Assembly: GCA_000999315.1 (NCBI GenBank)
Contig: LCFW01000003.1
Coordinates: 20,686 to 84,685 of the forward strand
Origin: Candidatus Peregrinibacteria bacterium GW2011_GWF2_43_17
GTDB lineage: Bacteria; Patescibacteriota; Gracilibacteria; UBA1369; UBA12470
Direction: 5' to 3'
Length of the DNA stretch: 64,000 nt
Below, piece after piece: positions 48,625 through 57,153 of the stretch; the first letter of the stretch is position 1; each line of letters begins with the position of its first letter. The notes beneath the pieces are model-generated. The model worked only from the letters and a program-made list of their open reading frames with translations. It ran no database searches and was not told the origin of the DNA. The position numbers were made by a program, and so were the translations under genes.

Positions 48625-49920
48625 CTATACAACCTTCCCTCCGCAAACCACTTTCTCCGGCCACCCGACCAACTTCCACCCATCATAAGGCGACCAACCA
48701 CACTTGGTAGCATATCCATCCGAACCGACAACTCCCTCTTTTGACATATCAACAACCACCAAATCAGCATCGTACCCGGCCTTCACAAACCCCTTTCCGA
48801 CAAGCCCGAAAATCTCCGCCGGCTTTTCACACATCGCCTCAACCATCCTCTCAAGCGACAATTCGCCATGATTAACGGCATCAAGCATTAACGGGAGTAA
48901 AGTCTCAAGTCCCGGCACGCCGGATGGAGCCTCCAAATAAGGTTTTTTCTTCTCATCCAATGTATGCGGAGCATGATCGGTCACGACGATATCAATTAAC
49001 CCACTCTTGAGAGCAGACCACATCGCCAGCCTATCCTCTTCACTGCGTATCGGCGGATTTATTTTCACGAAATTGCAGTCATAATAAGTCACGGAATCGC
49101 TTCGCTTCCCGTGACTGGCATAAGCATCCTTATTCAAAAACAGATGATGCGTCGCAACTTCGGCGGTTATATTTTTATCTTTAAATTTCTTCAAAGCCTC
49201 CATCTCTTTTTTCGTACTCACATGGGCAATATGCAACTTAGTCCCATGCTTTTTCGCCAAGTGCAAAGCTTTTTTAATCGCGATATAAACCGTTTCATCA
49301 TCACGAATCAAAGAGTGCACGGAAGGACTTAAATCGCCCTCAAACTCTTTTTTTCTTTGCTCGATTCTCGCCTCATCTTCGGCATGAACTACTAACGGCA
49401 AACCTTTCGCAAACGCAAAAATCTTCTCCAAATCCGCATCATCACCAACCACCAACCCACCTGTAGATTTACTCATAAACAATTTAACACCACAAGCATC
49501 TTTCGCCTTCTTGAGCTCGACCAAATTATCCCCGGTAGCCGCAATAAAAAATTTGTGGCCGCATTTCATACGTCCTTTCGCCAATTTATATTTAGCGGCA
49601 AGCCTCTCCGCAGTATCAATCGAAGGATTGTTGTTCGGCATATCAAGAACCGTCGTAACTCCACCCTTCAAAGCCGCACTTGAACCGGTTTCAAAATCTT
49701 CTTTATGCGTCGCACCGGGCTCTCGCAGATGCACATGCGCGTCAATCACACCGGGGATGATAAACTTGCCTTTGCAATCTATGATTTTTGCATCTTTATC
49801 TGAAATTTTCGCGGAAACTTTGACGATTTTCCCACCTTCAACCAAAACATCAGCCTTGAGTTTGCCTTTCGAGCTAACAACTGTGCCATTTTTTAAAAGA
49901 AGTTTCTTCATCACCTTCAT
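48625..49920 (-). CDS. pyrC: dihydroorotase
   Basis: GVIDAHVHLREPG and VTDHAPH metal-ligand motifs. Start ATG 49920 or 49911 is preferred over the track start at 49974. Confidence 0.92.
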   Translation of the reverse strand: MKVMKKLLLKNGTVVSSKGKLKADVLVEGGKIVKVSAKISDKDAKIIDCKGKFIIPGVIDAHVHLREPGATHKEDFETGSSAALKGGVTTVLDMPNNNPSIDTAERLAAKYKLAKGRMKCGHKFFIAATGDNLVELKKAKDACGVKLFMSKSTGGLVVGDDADLEKIFAFAKGLPLVVHAEDEARIEQRKKEFEGDLSPSVHSLIRDDETVYIAIKKALHLAKKHGTKLHIAHVSTKKEMEALKKFKDKNITAEVATHHLFLNKDAYASHGKRSDSVTYYDCNFVKINPPIRSEEDRLAMWSALKSGLIDIVVTDHAPHTLDEKKKPYLEAPSGVPGLETLLPLMLDAVNHGELSLERMVEAMCEKPAEIFGLVGKGFVKAGYDADLVVVDMSKEGVVGSDGYATKCGWSPYDGWKLVGWPEKVVCGGKVV

Positions 49921-50004
49921 TTGATAACAAAAAACCCGCATTGTCACGTTTTTACCAATCGTTTTCCATGACAACTTTCAAAATCGTTGCGCAATCTGTT
50001 CCAT

Positions 50005-50249
50005 TAGGCAGTGTTCACATATATTTTTTGCAGATGGAAGCTACAGATTTTGTGCAGTTCAAGGCACGACGACGAAGTGATACTGGAAAGTATTACAAGG
50101 AGGAGTCCCTTCGGGTTGAAACATAACATATCTATCTTCTGTGTTACTCGTCGTTTCTGTACCTTTTAGGTACTGCGCACTCCTCGTGTCGTGAATCCAG
50201 ACATGTTATGCGCCAAACCATCGTAAAAAATATATGTGAACACTGCCTA
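50005..50249. mobile_element. MITE-like / long-stem structured element C
   Basis: 25-nt perfect terminal inverted repeat TAGGCAGTGTTCACATATATTTTTT (50005-50029 vs 50225-50249), extendable by 5-7 more pairs. The outermost TA on each side is compatible with a TA target duplication. The 195-nt interior has several helices and the 42-nt core shared with 38238-38279. Confidence 0.4.
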
Positions 50250-50495
50250 GATATCTCCGAATCTCATCGGGGTCGTCAATCGCGGGCAAGTGTCCGCGAC
50301 TCAATCCATCCAACCTGTTCAAAGCCTCCCTGCAACAAGAAATTACTTCTTCGGGATCATCAATCTCTTCAAAAAGAATCGCGCCGGTTAACACCGAAGC
50401 GGTCTTTGTCGAGCACTATCGGCAAGAAGCACTTCCAACCGTGTGCGCATAGTCTCAAGATAATCGGCTTGCCCAACTTCATCAGGATACTCCAT
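50206..50495 (-). pseudogene. frameshifted/disrupted small ORF (two overlapping frames of 35 and 62 codons)
   Basis: ATG 50495 gives MEYPDEVGQADYLETMRTRLEVLLADSARQRPLRC and then a stop at 50388-90. The second frame (50394-50206) continues as ..LTGAILFEEIDDPEEV.. Its last 13 codons are encoded by the right arm of element C. Confidence 0.25.
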
Positions 50496-50502
50496 GCCCC
50501 GA

Positions 50503-53500
50503 TTATACCCCCGCCTCGGCATAGAAACTATTCTCGTAGTCCTCCTGAGCGATCACGATTGTGATAATTTTCGCCATTTCGCCGAGAGCGATATCGCGTT
50601 CGGGTCTGAAATAACCGTCACCGTAACCGGAAACAATACCTCTCGTATACGCATACACAATGTAAGGCGCATACCAAGAGTCCAAATCAACATCCGGAAA
50701 CGGATTTGAAGGCAAATAATAATAATCCAAAAGTTCATCACCATATCGTTCTTCGATATCATCGCCGGTGAGTCCAAAAATAATCTTGAGCGCCTCCGCA
50801 CGATTGACCAAATTATCCGGCTTGAAAGTGGAATCATCATACCCGGTTATAACCCCCATATTATACGCAGTTAGAACATAAGCGGCCCCCTCGCTCGCAA
50901 CGGTCATATCGACAAACGGCATGCTTTCCATATGCGTATCTATCTCTATGTTTATCAAATCCATCGCCGACATCAAGAACTCGATTCTGGTAACTTTTTC
51001 ATCGGGGTCGAAAAGATAACTTATTATCTGCGCCTCTGTCGTATCGCCCGCGTTGATTTCATTTATAAGAGTCGTCTGATAAAAATCTTTCAAATAAGAT
51101 TCAGACCAATGTTGATCGAGTTGCGGCACAACGTCGATCGTCCACGTCTCCTCGAATATTTTTTCCGTTTCTTCTACGGTTTCTCCGACCGTAATTTCGA
51201 TAACAACTGCAATCTCTTCCTCAACATCTTCCGATTCGGAGATTTCTTCAACCTCTTCCTCAAGCTCATCGGAGATTTCTTCGATTTCATTATCTTCAGT
51301 ATTATCATATCCGCCTCCGCTCGACGCACCACCTCCGGTAATTTCCCCGTAAGCGGGATTCTCATAGTTTTTCGTTGTTACGGTAATGGTTGAGCTCGTC
51401 AAATTGTTACCTTTCGTATCGAGAGCTTTTATATAACAAATATATGTCGTGCCTTTCACCAATCCCGACATCCCCATTGATGACGCCGTCATCGTATTGC
51501 TACTGCCATACAAAGTATAAGTAGTGGTTGAAGATGTTCTATAGTAAATTTCATATTTATCAAAATTGGTTTCGGAAGTTACACTGTTCCATCCCAAAGT
51601 GAAACTCGTTTCAACAATGTTCGTAGCGGTCAGTGAAGAAGCCAGCCCTCCGCTAGGAACAACCTGGTCAAGCACAAAATTATCGGAAGCTACCGACGAT
51701 CCGGCGGCAATTCCGTCATAAGGAGTCGCTCTCACCTGCGCCGTTGCGATATTTTGTGCCGTAACATCCTCCGCCGATGCCCATATAACGGTTATCGTAT
51801 TTGCTCCGGGAGATGTAACGATATATCCATTGCTATTACCAACTTGATAAGTGTTGTCATTTTCAAGATTATAATTGCCATATGTAGCTCCGGTTCCCGT
51901 CGTCTCAGAAAGAGTCGCCTTGTTCCATCCCGCACCGACATTATATTCAACAAGTGCCTGCAAAGTATCGTCATTATCCGCATCGTCGATTACAAATGTA
52001 ATTGTCACATTACTTGTTCCGTCCGTAGCTTGCACGGCTGTAACGGTTGCCGCCGTAGGCGTTTGATTGGTAACGAAGCTGATCGCAGATCCGCATCCTT
52101 CGTAACCATAGTTATCCGCAGAACATATTTTTGCATAATAAGTCAGACCCGGGGTTAATCCCGTAACCGTAGTTGTAGCCGTAGCCTTCGTTGCAAGAAG
52201 CACGTCGTTCGGATCGTTATCCCATTCTATAGCTGTACCGTTTCTGTTCGTAACATCGGTCTGATTCGTTCCATACCAAATTTCGTAATGGTTGAAATGA
52301 GATTCGGTTGATACTGTCCATGTCAAAATACCTGTCGTTCCACTTCCTCCTGTTTTAGTAAATGACTCCGGCGTCGTTGGAGCAACGCCGTCTACAATGA
52401 ACGCATCTGAAGTTACGGCGGCACCGGCTTCGATCCCGTCATGTGGAGTTATTTTGAGCTGTACGGTTTCAAGATCGATTCCAAGCGCATCAACATCCGA
52501 TCTCCATACGACAGAAACGGTATTTGCTCCGGAAGATGACGTGATATACCCATTGCTGTTACCAACTTGGTAAGTATCATCGTTTTCGACATCGAACCAA
52601 CCGTACGTCGAACCTGTACCACTCGCTTCATCTATTGTCGCCTTGTTCCATCCGGCACCAATATTATATTGGATAAGTACCCGTCCGAGATCCGTATCAT
52701 CGGCATCGTCAAAAACAAACTGTATGTTTACATACTGATTACCGCTTCCGGACTGGGCAATCGTTACTCCGCCGATTATCGGTCTGCCGTTGTTATTGGC
52801 AGTTGCAACCGTCAGCGTTGTTTCATTACCGTATCCGTCAACAGCCCATATCTTCGCGTAATAAGTTGTATTTTCCAAAAGTCCGGTAATCGTAGTTGTT
52901 GCCGTTGTCGCAGTCGCAAGTGTTGCATCATTCGGATCATTATCCCACTCGGATGCTGTTCCGTTTCGATTCCCGACATCCGTTTCGTTCGTCCCGTACC
53001 AAACCTCGTAATGGTTGAAATGGCTGTCCGTTCCGGCAGTCCATATCCATGTGATCGTGGAAGAGGTCGTCGCTCCACCGGCAAATCCGGCGAAACCGCC
53101 TGCAGGACCTGCGTTATCGATTATGAAGTCCGACGAAGCCCCCGGAGTGCCGATGTCATACCCGTCGTAAGGCGTAACTCTGATCTGTGCCGTAGCCAAA
53201 TCCGCAGTCGGTGCGTCAGTCTTCGAATTCCATATCGCCGTAATGGTATTTGCTCCCGGAGATGTCAAAACATAGCCATTGCTATTACCAACCTGATAAG
53301 CATTATCATTCTCAAGATTGAACTGACCATAGGTCGAGCCGGTACCACTCGTCTCCGATAATGTCGCCTTCAGCCATCCCGCTCCAACATTATATTCAAC
53401 AAGAGCGCGATTGGTATCGTCATCATCGTCATCAATGATAAAAGATATGTTTACAACTCCTGTTCCATCTGTTAATTCGACCGCCGTTATCGTTGCAACC

Positions 53501-56073
53501 GTTGGCGCCACATTGAATATCCACCCAAGGTTATTTCCAGAATTAACGGAATTCGTACCTTTGGCGATGATATCGTTTCCACTGGAAGCATCGGAATCTT
53601 TTACATCAACATACGAAATCGCCGAAGTCCCGCTTATATTGAGAAGCCACTGACTTGCATCGGCACTGCTCCTCAGAACAATCGTGTTCCCGGCAGATCC
53701 CGTCAGTGTAAACGCTCCCGTTACCATCTGAGTTGTCGCCGCTGTAAACACAAGCGATTTCGCCACCGTTGTACATGTGAAGTTGAAGAAGCTTGTACTG
53801 CCTGCAATTGTTCCCGTCCCCGTTGCGTCGTCAAAAACAACAGTACCAGAACTCGAATTGAATGTGCCGGTATTGGAAAAATTCCTACCGACATTTATCT
53901 GATAATTCCCGCCGGTTACATTGAATGTTCCTGCGGTAATCGTAAGACTTCCGTTTACATCAAGAGCGACACCGAGTTCGAAAATGTCCGTAGCACCATC
54001 CGTAGAGTTAATAATGAGATTGTAATAGGTCGCAGAAAGGGTTGTAACAGTATATGTATCCGCTCCGGCATCCCCATCTCCCGTAAACTCAATTGTTCCA
54101 GAGTTTGTATCCATTGCCGGCAAAGACAAGGTTCCCGATCCTCTCCATCTCAAAGTACCTTCGTTTGAAAACGTTGTACTAACCGTAAGTCCATTTGCAC
54201 CAAGCGATAAAATACCCGATGTGATTGTCGCATTAGCAACTATCTCGGTTGCACCCAATGTAAACACTGACGAAACCCCGCCATTAATCACAAGCGTCGC
54301 GTTCGTCATTGTCCAATCCTTCATCGTATATGGACCTGCCGCGCCGTCATAAGTGACAGTGGAACCAGAAGCAAAAGTTGGAGTCCCGGTTACAGTCTCC
54401 CCACCTTGAAGCTGAAGATTTCCACCTGAAGCGACCGTGAAGGTTCCGCCTGATTCAATAAATGTATAGCCTGAAATATCAAATGTGCCTGCTGTAATAG
54501 TCAAATCCTGATTCACGGCGTCCATTGTTAATTCTGATGCAAGATTCACTGCTCCGCCGGTTTTATTGACAGTGATATCAGCATTGAATACACCAACAGC
54601 GCCAAGCGTAAATGTCTGCGTTGCGTCGCCAGTCAATACAATCGTAGCTGTTCCGCCGTCATAACCGGAACCTACAACAACATCTCCAGCGACGGAAATA
54701 CTTCCGGTAGCTGGAATCGATGATTGAGACACTAATCCATCTGTTAAAGTAAGCGTTCCTGTAACAGTCAATGTATCGCCATTGGCAATTTGTTTTGTCC
54801 AACCTGTGTCAGTACTGAAAGTTAAATTATAAAAAGTTTCAGCTGTATTCACATCAATAGTCGCAGTTCCATTTCCACTATTAAAATTAACCGTGCTAGT
54901 ACCTTCTGTCACTGACCCAGATGTCTGTGCCCAATTATGCGCGAGATTCATGGTACCTGAACCTAAATTTAGCGTTCCACCCGAAAGTGTAAAAACGCAT
55001 GTTGAACAAGATAATGTTGTAGTTGTCCCATTATTGTATGTGCCACCCGAAATCGTCATATCCCCCCCAAAAGTGACTGTCCCAGCTCCTCCATTGAATG
55101 TACCGCCGGATTGAGTAAAAGTCTTTGTATAATGAGAAAATCCGATAGCCCCAACGCCTCCGTTATAAGTACCGGCTGCAATTATCATATGATTCTCAAA
55201 AATTAAAGTTCCGCTTGATGGACCTGTGACGACCGTATCTGCCCCATTTAATTTTAATCCTGTCATATATCCGCTTGATAGTGTTGCTGTGCCAGAACCT
55301 TCGAGATTGATTTGCGCAGTACCACCATCAAAATTAGCGCCTTGAGAAATAGCGCCAGTAACAACTATGGTTCCACCAGCTGGGATAGTCGACTGCTCTA
55401 AATTACCATCTGTTAAAGTAAGCGTACCAGTAACCACAAATGTTTCATTGACTGTTATCGATATAGAACAACCCGCACTAGGATTCATTTGAAAATTATA
55501 AAAAGTTTCATCAGCTTCAACATTTGTACTATCAAAAGTCCACGACTGGCTACCATTTGAATCAAAAACAACTGTTCCATTGTTGTGTTGCCAAGCATTT
55601 GATCCTGCACCTTCCGCTATCGTAAATGTATTGAAAAAATATATATTACCTGATGTGGAAATAAAGGTTGCACCTGAATTAAGAGTAAAGGATCCATTAA
55701 TGTCTATATCTTGCGTTGATCCTGAAAAAATACCATCAGCCTGATCATAATTACTTATACCTACAGTTAAGGTAGCCGCTTGTGTGATTGTATTTGTATA
55801 ACCAGTATTAATATCAATCCCCCTCACATTGGCCGCTGTATTGATAGTGCATGGCGTATTTCCGGTACCGTCAAAAGTGGCAATATCAGCTGTGCCAGGC
55901 ACTGATCCAGTACTCCAGTTCCCACCTGTACCCCAGTTAACGCTTTCATCACCTTGCCATGTAACAACAGCGGCGCTCGCACTCGCAATCCCGACCGTAC
56001 AAGCCAATACCAAAGCCGAAAATACAAAACACATCTTCAGAAACCCCTTAAACCCAAACGATAGCGATCCCAT
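50503..56073 (-). CDS. giant cell-surface protein (beta-helix-like repeats, 3 x Ig/FN3-like modules, acidic linker, C-terminal SLH domains)
   Basis: Signal peptide MGSLSFGFKGFLKMCFVFSALVLACTVGIASASA from ATG 56073. About 850 aa are G/T/S/N-rich with T-x-T/GGT repeats. Three modules of about 240 aa each end in HFNHYE[VI]WYGTN..TYYAKI. An E-rich linker follows. The C-terminal SLH-type motifs include GYDDSTFKPDNLVNRAEALKII and SGYGDGYFRPERDIALGEMAKII. Confidence 0.85.
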   Translation of the reverse strand: MGSLSFGFKGFLKMCFVFSALVLACTVGIASASAAVVTWQGDESVNWGTGGNWSTGSVPGTADIATFDGTGNTPCTINTAANVRGIDINTGYTNTITQAATLTVGISNYDQADGIFSGSTQDIDINGSFTLNSGATFISTSGNIYFFNTFTIAEGAGSNAWQHNNGTVVFDSNGSQSWTFDSTNVEADETFYNFQMNPSAGCSISITVNETFVVTGTLTLTDGNLEQSTIPAGGTIVVTGAISQGANFDGGTAQINLEGSGTATLSSGYMTGLKLNGADTVVTGPSSGTLIFENHMIIAAGTYNGGVGAIGFSHYTKTFTQSGGTFNGGAGTVTFGGDMTISGGTYNNGTTTTLSCSTCVFTLSGGTLNLGSGTMNLAHNWAQTSGSVTEGTSTVNFNSGNGTATIDVNTAETFYNLTFSTDTGWTKQIANGDTLTVTGTLTLTDGLVSQSSIPATGSISVAGDVVVGSGYDGGTATIVLTGDATQTFTLGAVGVFNADITVNKTGGAVNLASELTMDAVNQDLTITAGTFDISGYTFIESGGTFTVASGGNLQLQGGETVTGTPTFASGSTVTYDGAAGPYTMKDWTMTNATLVINGGVSSVFTLGATEIVANATITSGILSLGANGLTVSTTFSNEGTLRWRGSGTLSLPAMDTNSGTIEFTGDGDAGADTYTVTTLSATYYNLIINSTDGATDIFELGVALDVNGSLTITAGTFNVTGGNYQINVGRNFSNTGTFNSSSGTVVFDDATGTGTIAGSTSFFNFTCTTVAKSLVFTAATTQMVTGAFTLTGSAGNTIVLRSSADASQWLLNISGTSAISYVDVKDSDASSGNDIIAKGTNSVNSGNNLGWIFNVAPTVATITAVELTDGTGVVNISFIIDDDDDDTNRALVEYNVGAGWLKATLSETSGTGSTYGQFNLENDNAYQVGNSNGYVLTSPGANTITAIWNSKTDAPTADLATAQIRVTPYDGYDIGTPGASSDFIIDNAGPAGGFAGFAGGATTSSTITWIWTAGTDSHFNHYEVWYGTNETDVGNRNGTASEWDNDPNDATLATATTATTTITGLLENTTYYAKIWAVDGYGNETTLTVATANNNGRPIIGGVTIAQSGSGNQYVNIQFVFDDADDTDLGRVLIQYNIGAGWNKATIDEASGTGSTYGWFDVENDDTYQVGNSNGYITSSSGANTVSVVWRSDVDALGIDLETVQLKITPHDGIEAGAAVTSDAFIVDGVAPTTPESFTKTGGSGTTGILTWTVSTESHFNHYEIWYGTNQTDVTNRNGTAIEWDNDPNDVLLATKATATTTVTGLTPGLTYYAKICSADNYGYEGCGSAISFVTNQTPTAATVTAVQATDGTSNVTITFVIDDADNDDTLQALVEYNVGAGWNKATLSETTGTGATYGNYNLENDNTYQVGNSNGYIVTSPGANTITVIWASAEDVTAQNIATAQVRATPYDGIAAGSSVASDNFVLDQVVPSGGLASSLTATNIVETSFTLGWNSVTSETNFDKYEIYYRTSSTTTYTLYGSSNTMTASSMGMSGLVKGTTYICYIKALDTKGNNLTSSTITVTTKNYENPAYGEITGGGASSGGGYDNTEDNEIEEISDELEEEVEEISESEDVEEEIAVVIEITVGETVEETEKIFEETWTIDVVPQLDQHWSESYLKDFYQTTLINEINAGDTTEAQIISYLFDPDEKVTRIEFLMSAMDLINIEIDTHMESMPFVDMTVASEGAAYVLTAYNMGVITGYDDSTFKPDNLVNRAEALKIIFGLTGDDIEERYGDELLDYYYLPSNPFPDVDLDSWYAPYIVYAYTRGIVSGYGDGYFRPERDIALGEMAKIITIVIAQEDYENSFYAEAGV
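51365..53510 (-). repeat. three diverged tandem coding repeats of about 0.72 kb inside the giant gene
   Basis: Unit boundaries are near 53508, 52790, 52070 and 51365. The protein units share YN[VI]GAGW.KAT..E.SGTG.TYG...ENDN.YQVGNSNGY and HFNHYE.WYGTN. At the DNA level they are clearly diverged. Confidence 0.8.
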
Positions 56074-56156
56074 ATAATTTTTATTATTTTTTGATCTATT
56101 AATAATAACACAAATCCGCCCGCAACACAAGCCGCAGCCGGGCTCCCCGACCTCCA

Positions 56157-57080
56157 CTACAACCACATTTCCATCGCCGCCATCCTCACCGCCACCCCGT
56201 TCGTCACCTGTTCGAAATACTTCGCGCGCAGATCGCTGTCAACCTCCGGCAACAACTCGTCGATCCTCGGCAAAGGATGCATGACGATCGCGGTCTTTTT
56301 AAGCAACTTCATCAGCCCGGCATCTATCACGTAAACCCCTTTATACTGCAAATATTCGTTTTCTGAAGCAAATCTCTCCTGTTGAATTCGCGTACACGCC
56401 AAAACATCCAGCTCGCCTATCACTTTGTCCAAATCGACGGTTTCGAAAACCTCATGTCCGCAATTTTTCAGCTTGTTTACAATCTCTCTCGGCATCGCCA
56501 ACTCTTTCGGCGATACGAAAACGAATTTCAACCCTTTAAAATTCTTCAAAAGTTCACACTGCGAATGCGGCACTCTCCCGTTTTTCAAATCTCCTACCAT
56601 CCCGACAGTCAACCCGTCCACACCGCCAAACTCCTTAAAAATGGTAAAAGCATCAAGCAACCCTTGCGTCGGATGATCGTTCGCCCCATCTCCCGCATTT
56701 ATAACCGGCACCGTCGCCCCTTTCGCCAACTCGGCAACACTCCCCGCCTCCGAATGTCTCATCGCGATAATATCGGCAAAACACGACACGACTCTTCCCG
56801 TATCGCTCAAGCTCTCCCCCTTTTTCGCAGACGAAGTTTCTTTCATCTGGGCATTACTGATAACAGATCCGCCAAGTCGGAGCATCGCAGTTTCGAAACT
56901 GAAACGAGTTCTGGTCGAAGGCTCGTAAAAAAGCGTCGCCAAAACTTTGCCCTTCATCTCGTCGGAAACCTTTTCTTTCCGCGCATACGGGAGCATTTTT
57001 TCGGCTTTCTTCATTATTTTCAAAATCTCTTCTTTTGTAAAATCTTTTGAGCTGAGCAAATTTGATTTTTTTTCAAACAT
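56157..57080 (-). CDS. pyrB: aspartate carbamoyltransferase catalytic subunit
   Basis: STRTRFSFE, HPTQ and HPLPR motifs. ATG 57080 (MFEKKSNLLSSKDFTKEE) is preferred over the track start at 57131. Confidence 0.93.
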   Translation of the reverse strand: MFEKKSNLLSSKDFTKEEILKIMKKAEKMLPYARKEKVSDEMKGKVLATLFYEPSTRTRFSFETAMLRLGGSVISNAQMKETSSAKKGESLSDTGRVVSCFADIIAMRHSEAGSVAELAKGATVPVINAGDGANDHPTQGLLDAFTIFKEFGGVDGLTVGMVGDLKNGRVPHSQCELLKNFKGLKFVFVSPKELAMPREIVNKLKNCGHEVFETVDLDKVIGELDVLACTRIQQERFASENEYLQYKGVYVIDAGLMKLLKKTAIVMHPLPRIDELLPEVDSDLRAKYFEQVTNGVAVRMAAMEMWL

Positions 57081-57153
57081 AACTTCGGACTTAGCACTTG
57101 AAACTTGACACTTGCTACTATAAGCTACCACAAGAAATTTTCACAATAAAAAA

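Noticed and set aside
47598-48710. 370-aa ORF on the + strand
   Set aside because: It lies entirely antisense to pyrD, whose identity is unambiguous. The translation is low-complexity (R/N/H/T-rich) with no motifs, which is typical of a shadow ORF.
49921-50260. PyrR-type attenuator or other known pyrimidine leader upstream of pyrC
   Set aside because: On the pyrC-sense strand I find no match to the PyrR binding-loop consensus (..UCCAGAGAGG..) and no terminator with a U-tract. The only similar string, AATCCAGAC, is on the opposite strand. The perfect 25-bp terminal repeats fit a DNA-level element better.
52567-53361. 264-aa + strand ORF, plus other + strand ORFs at 50932-51393, 51754-52158 and 54893-55114
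   Set aside because: All lie antisense within the giant SLH gene. Their Cys/Arg-rich sequences are junk-like, generated by the repetitive T/G/S codon composition of the sense strand.
50503-56073. Diversity-generating retroelement (DGR) target in the giant surface protein
   Set aside because: There is no reverse transcriptase and no template/variable repeat pair with adenine-specific differences in the window. The internal repeats are old, diverged domain duplications.
56382-57050. 222-aa + strand ORF, and similar ORFs at 46070-46648, 63246-63755, 26303-26812 and 30392-30925
   Set aside because: They are antisense to pyrB, pyrE, uvrB, rplP and rpsE/rplO respectively. The sense genes are clearly real.
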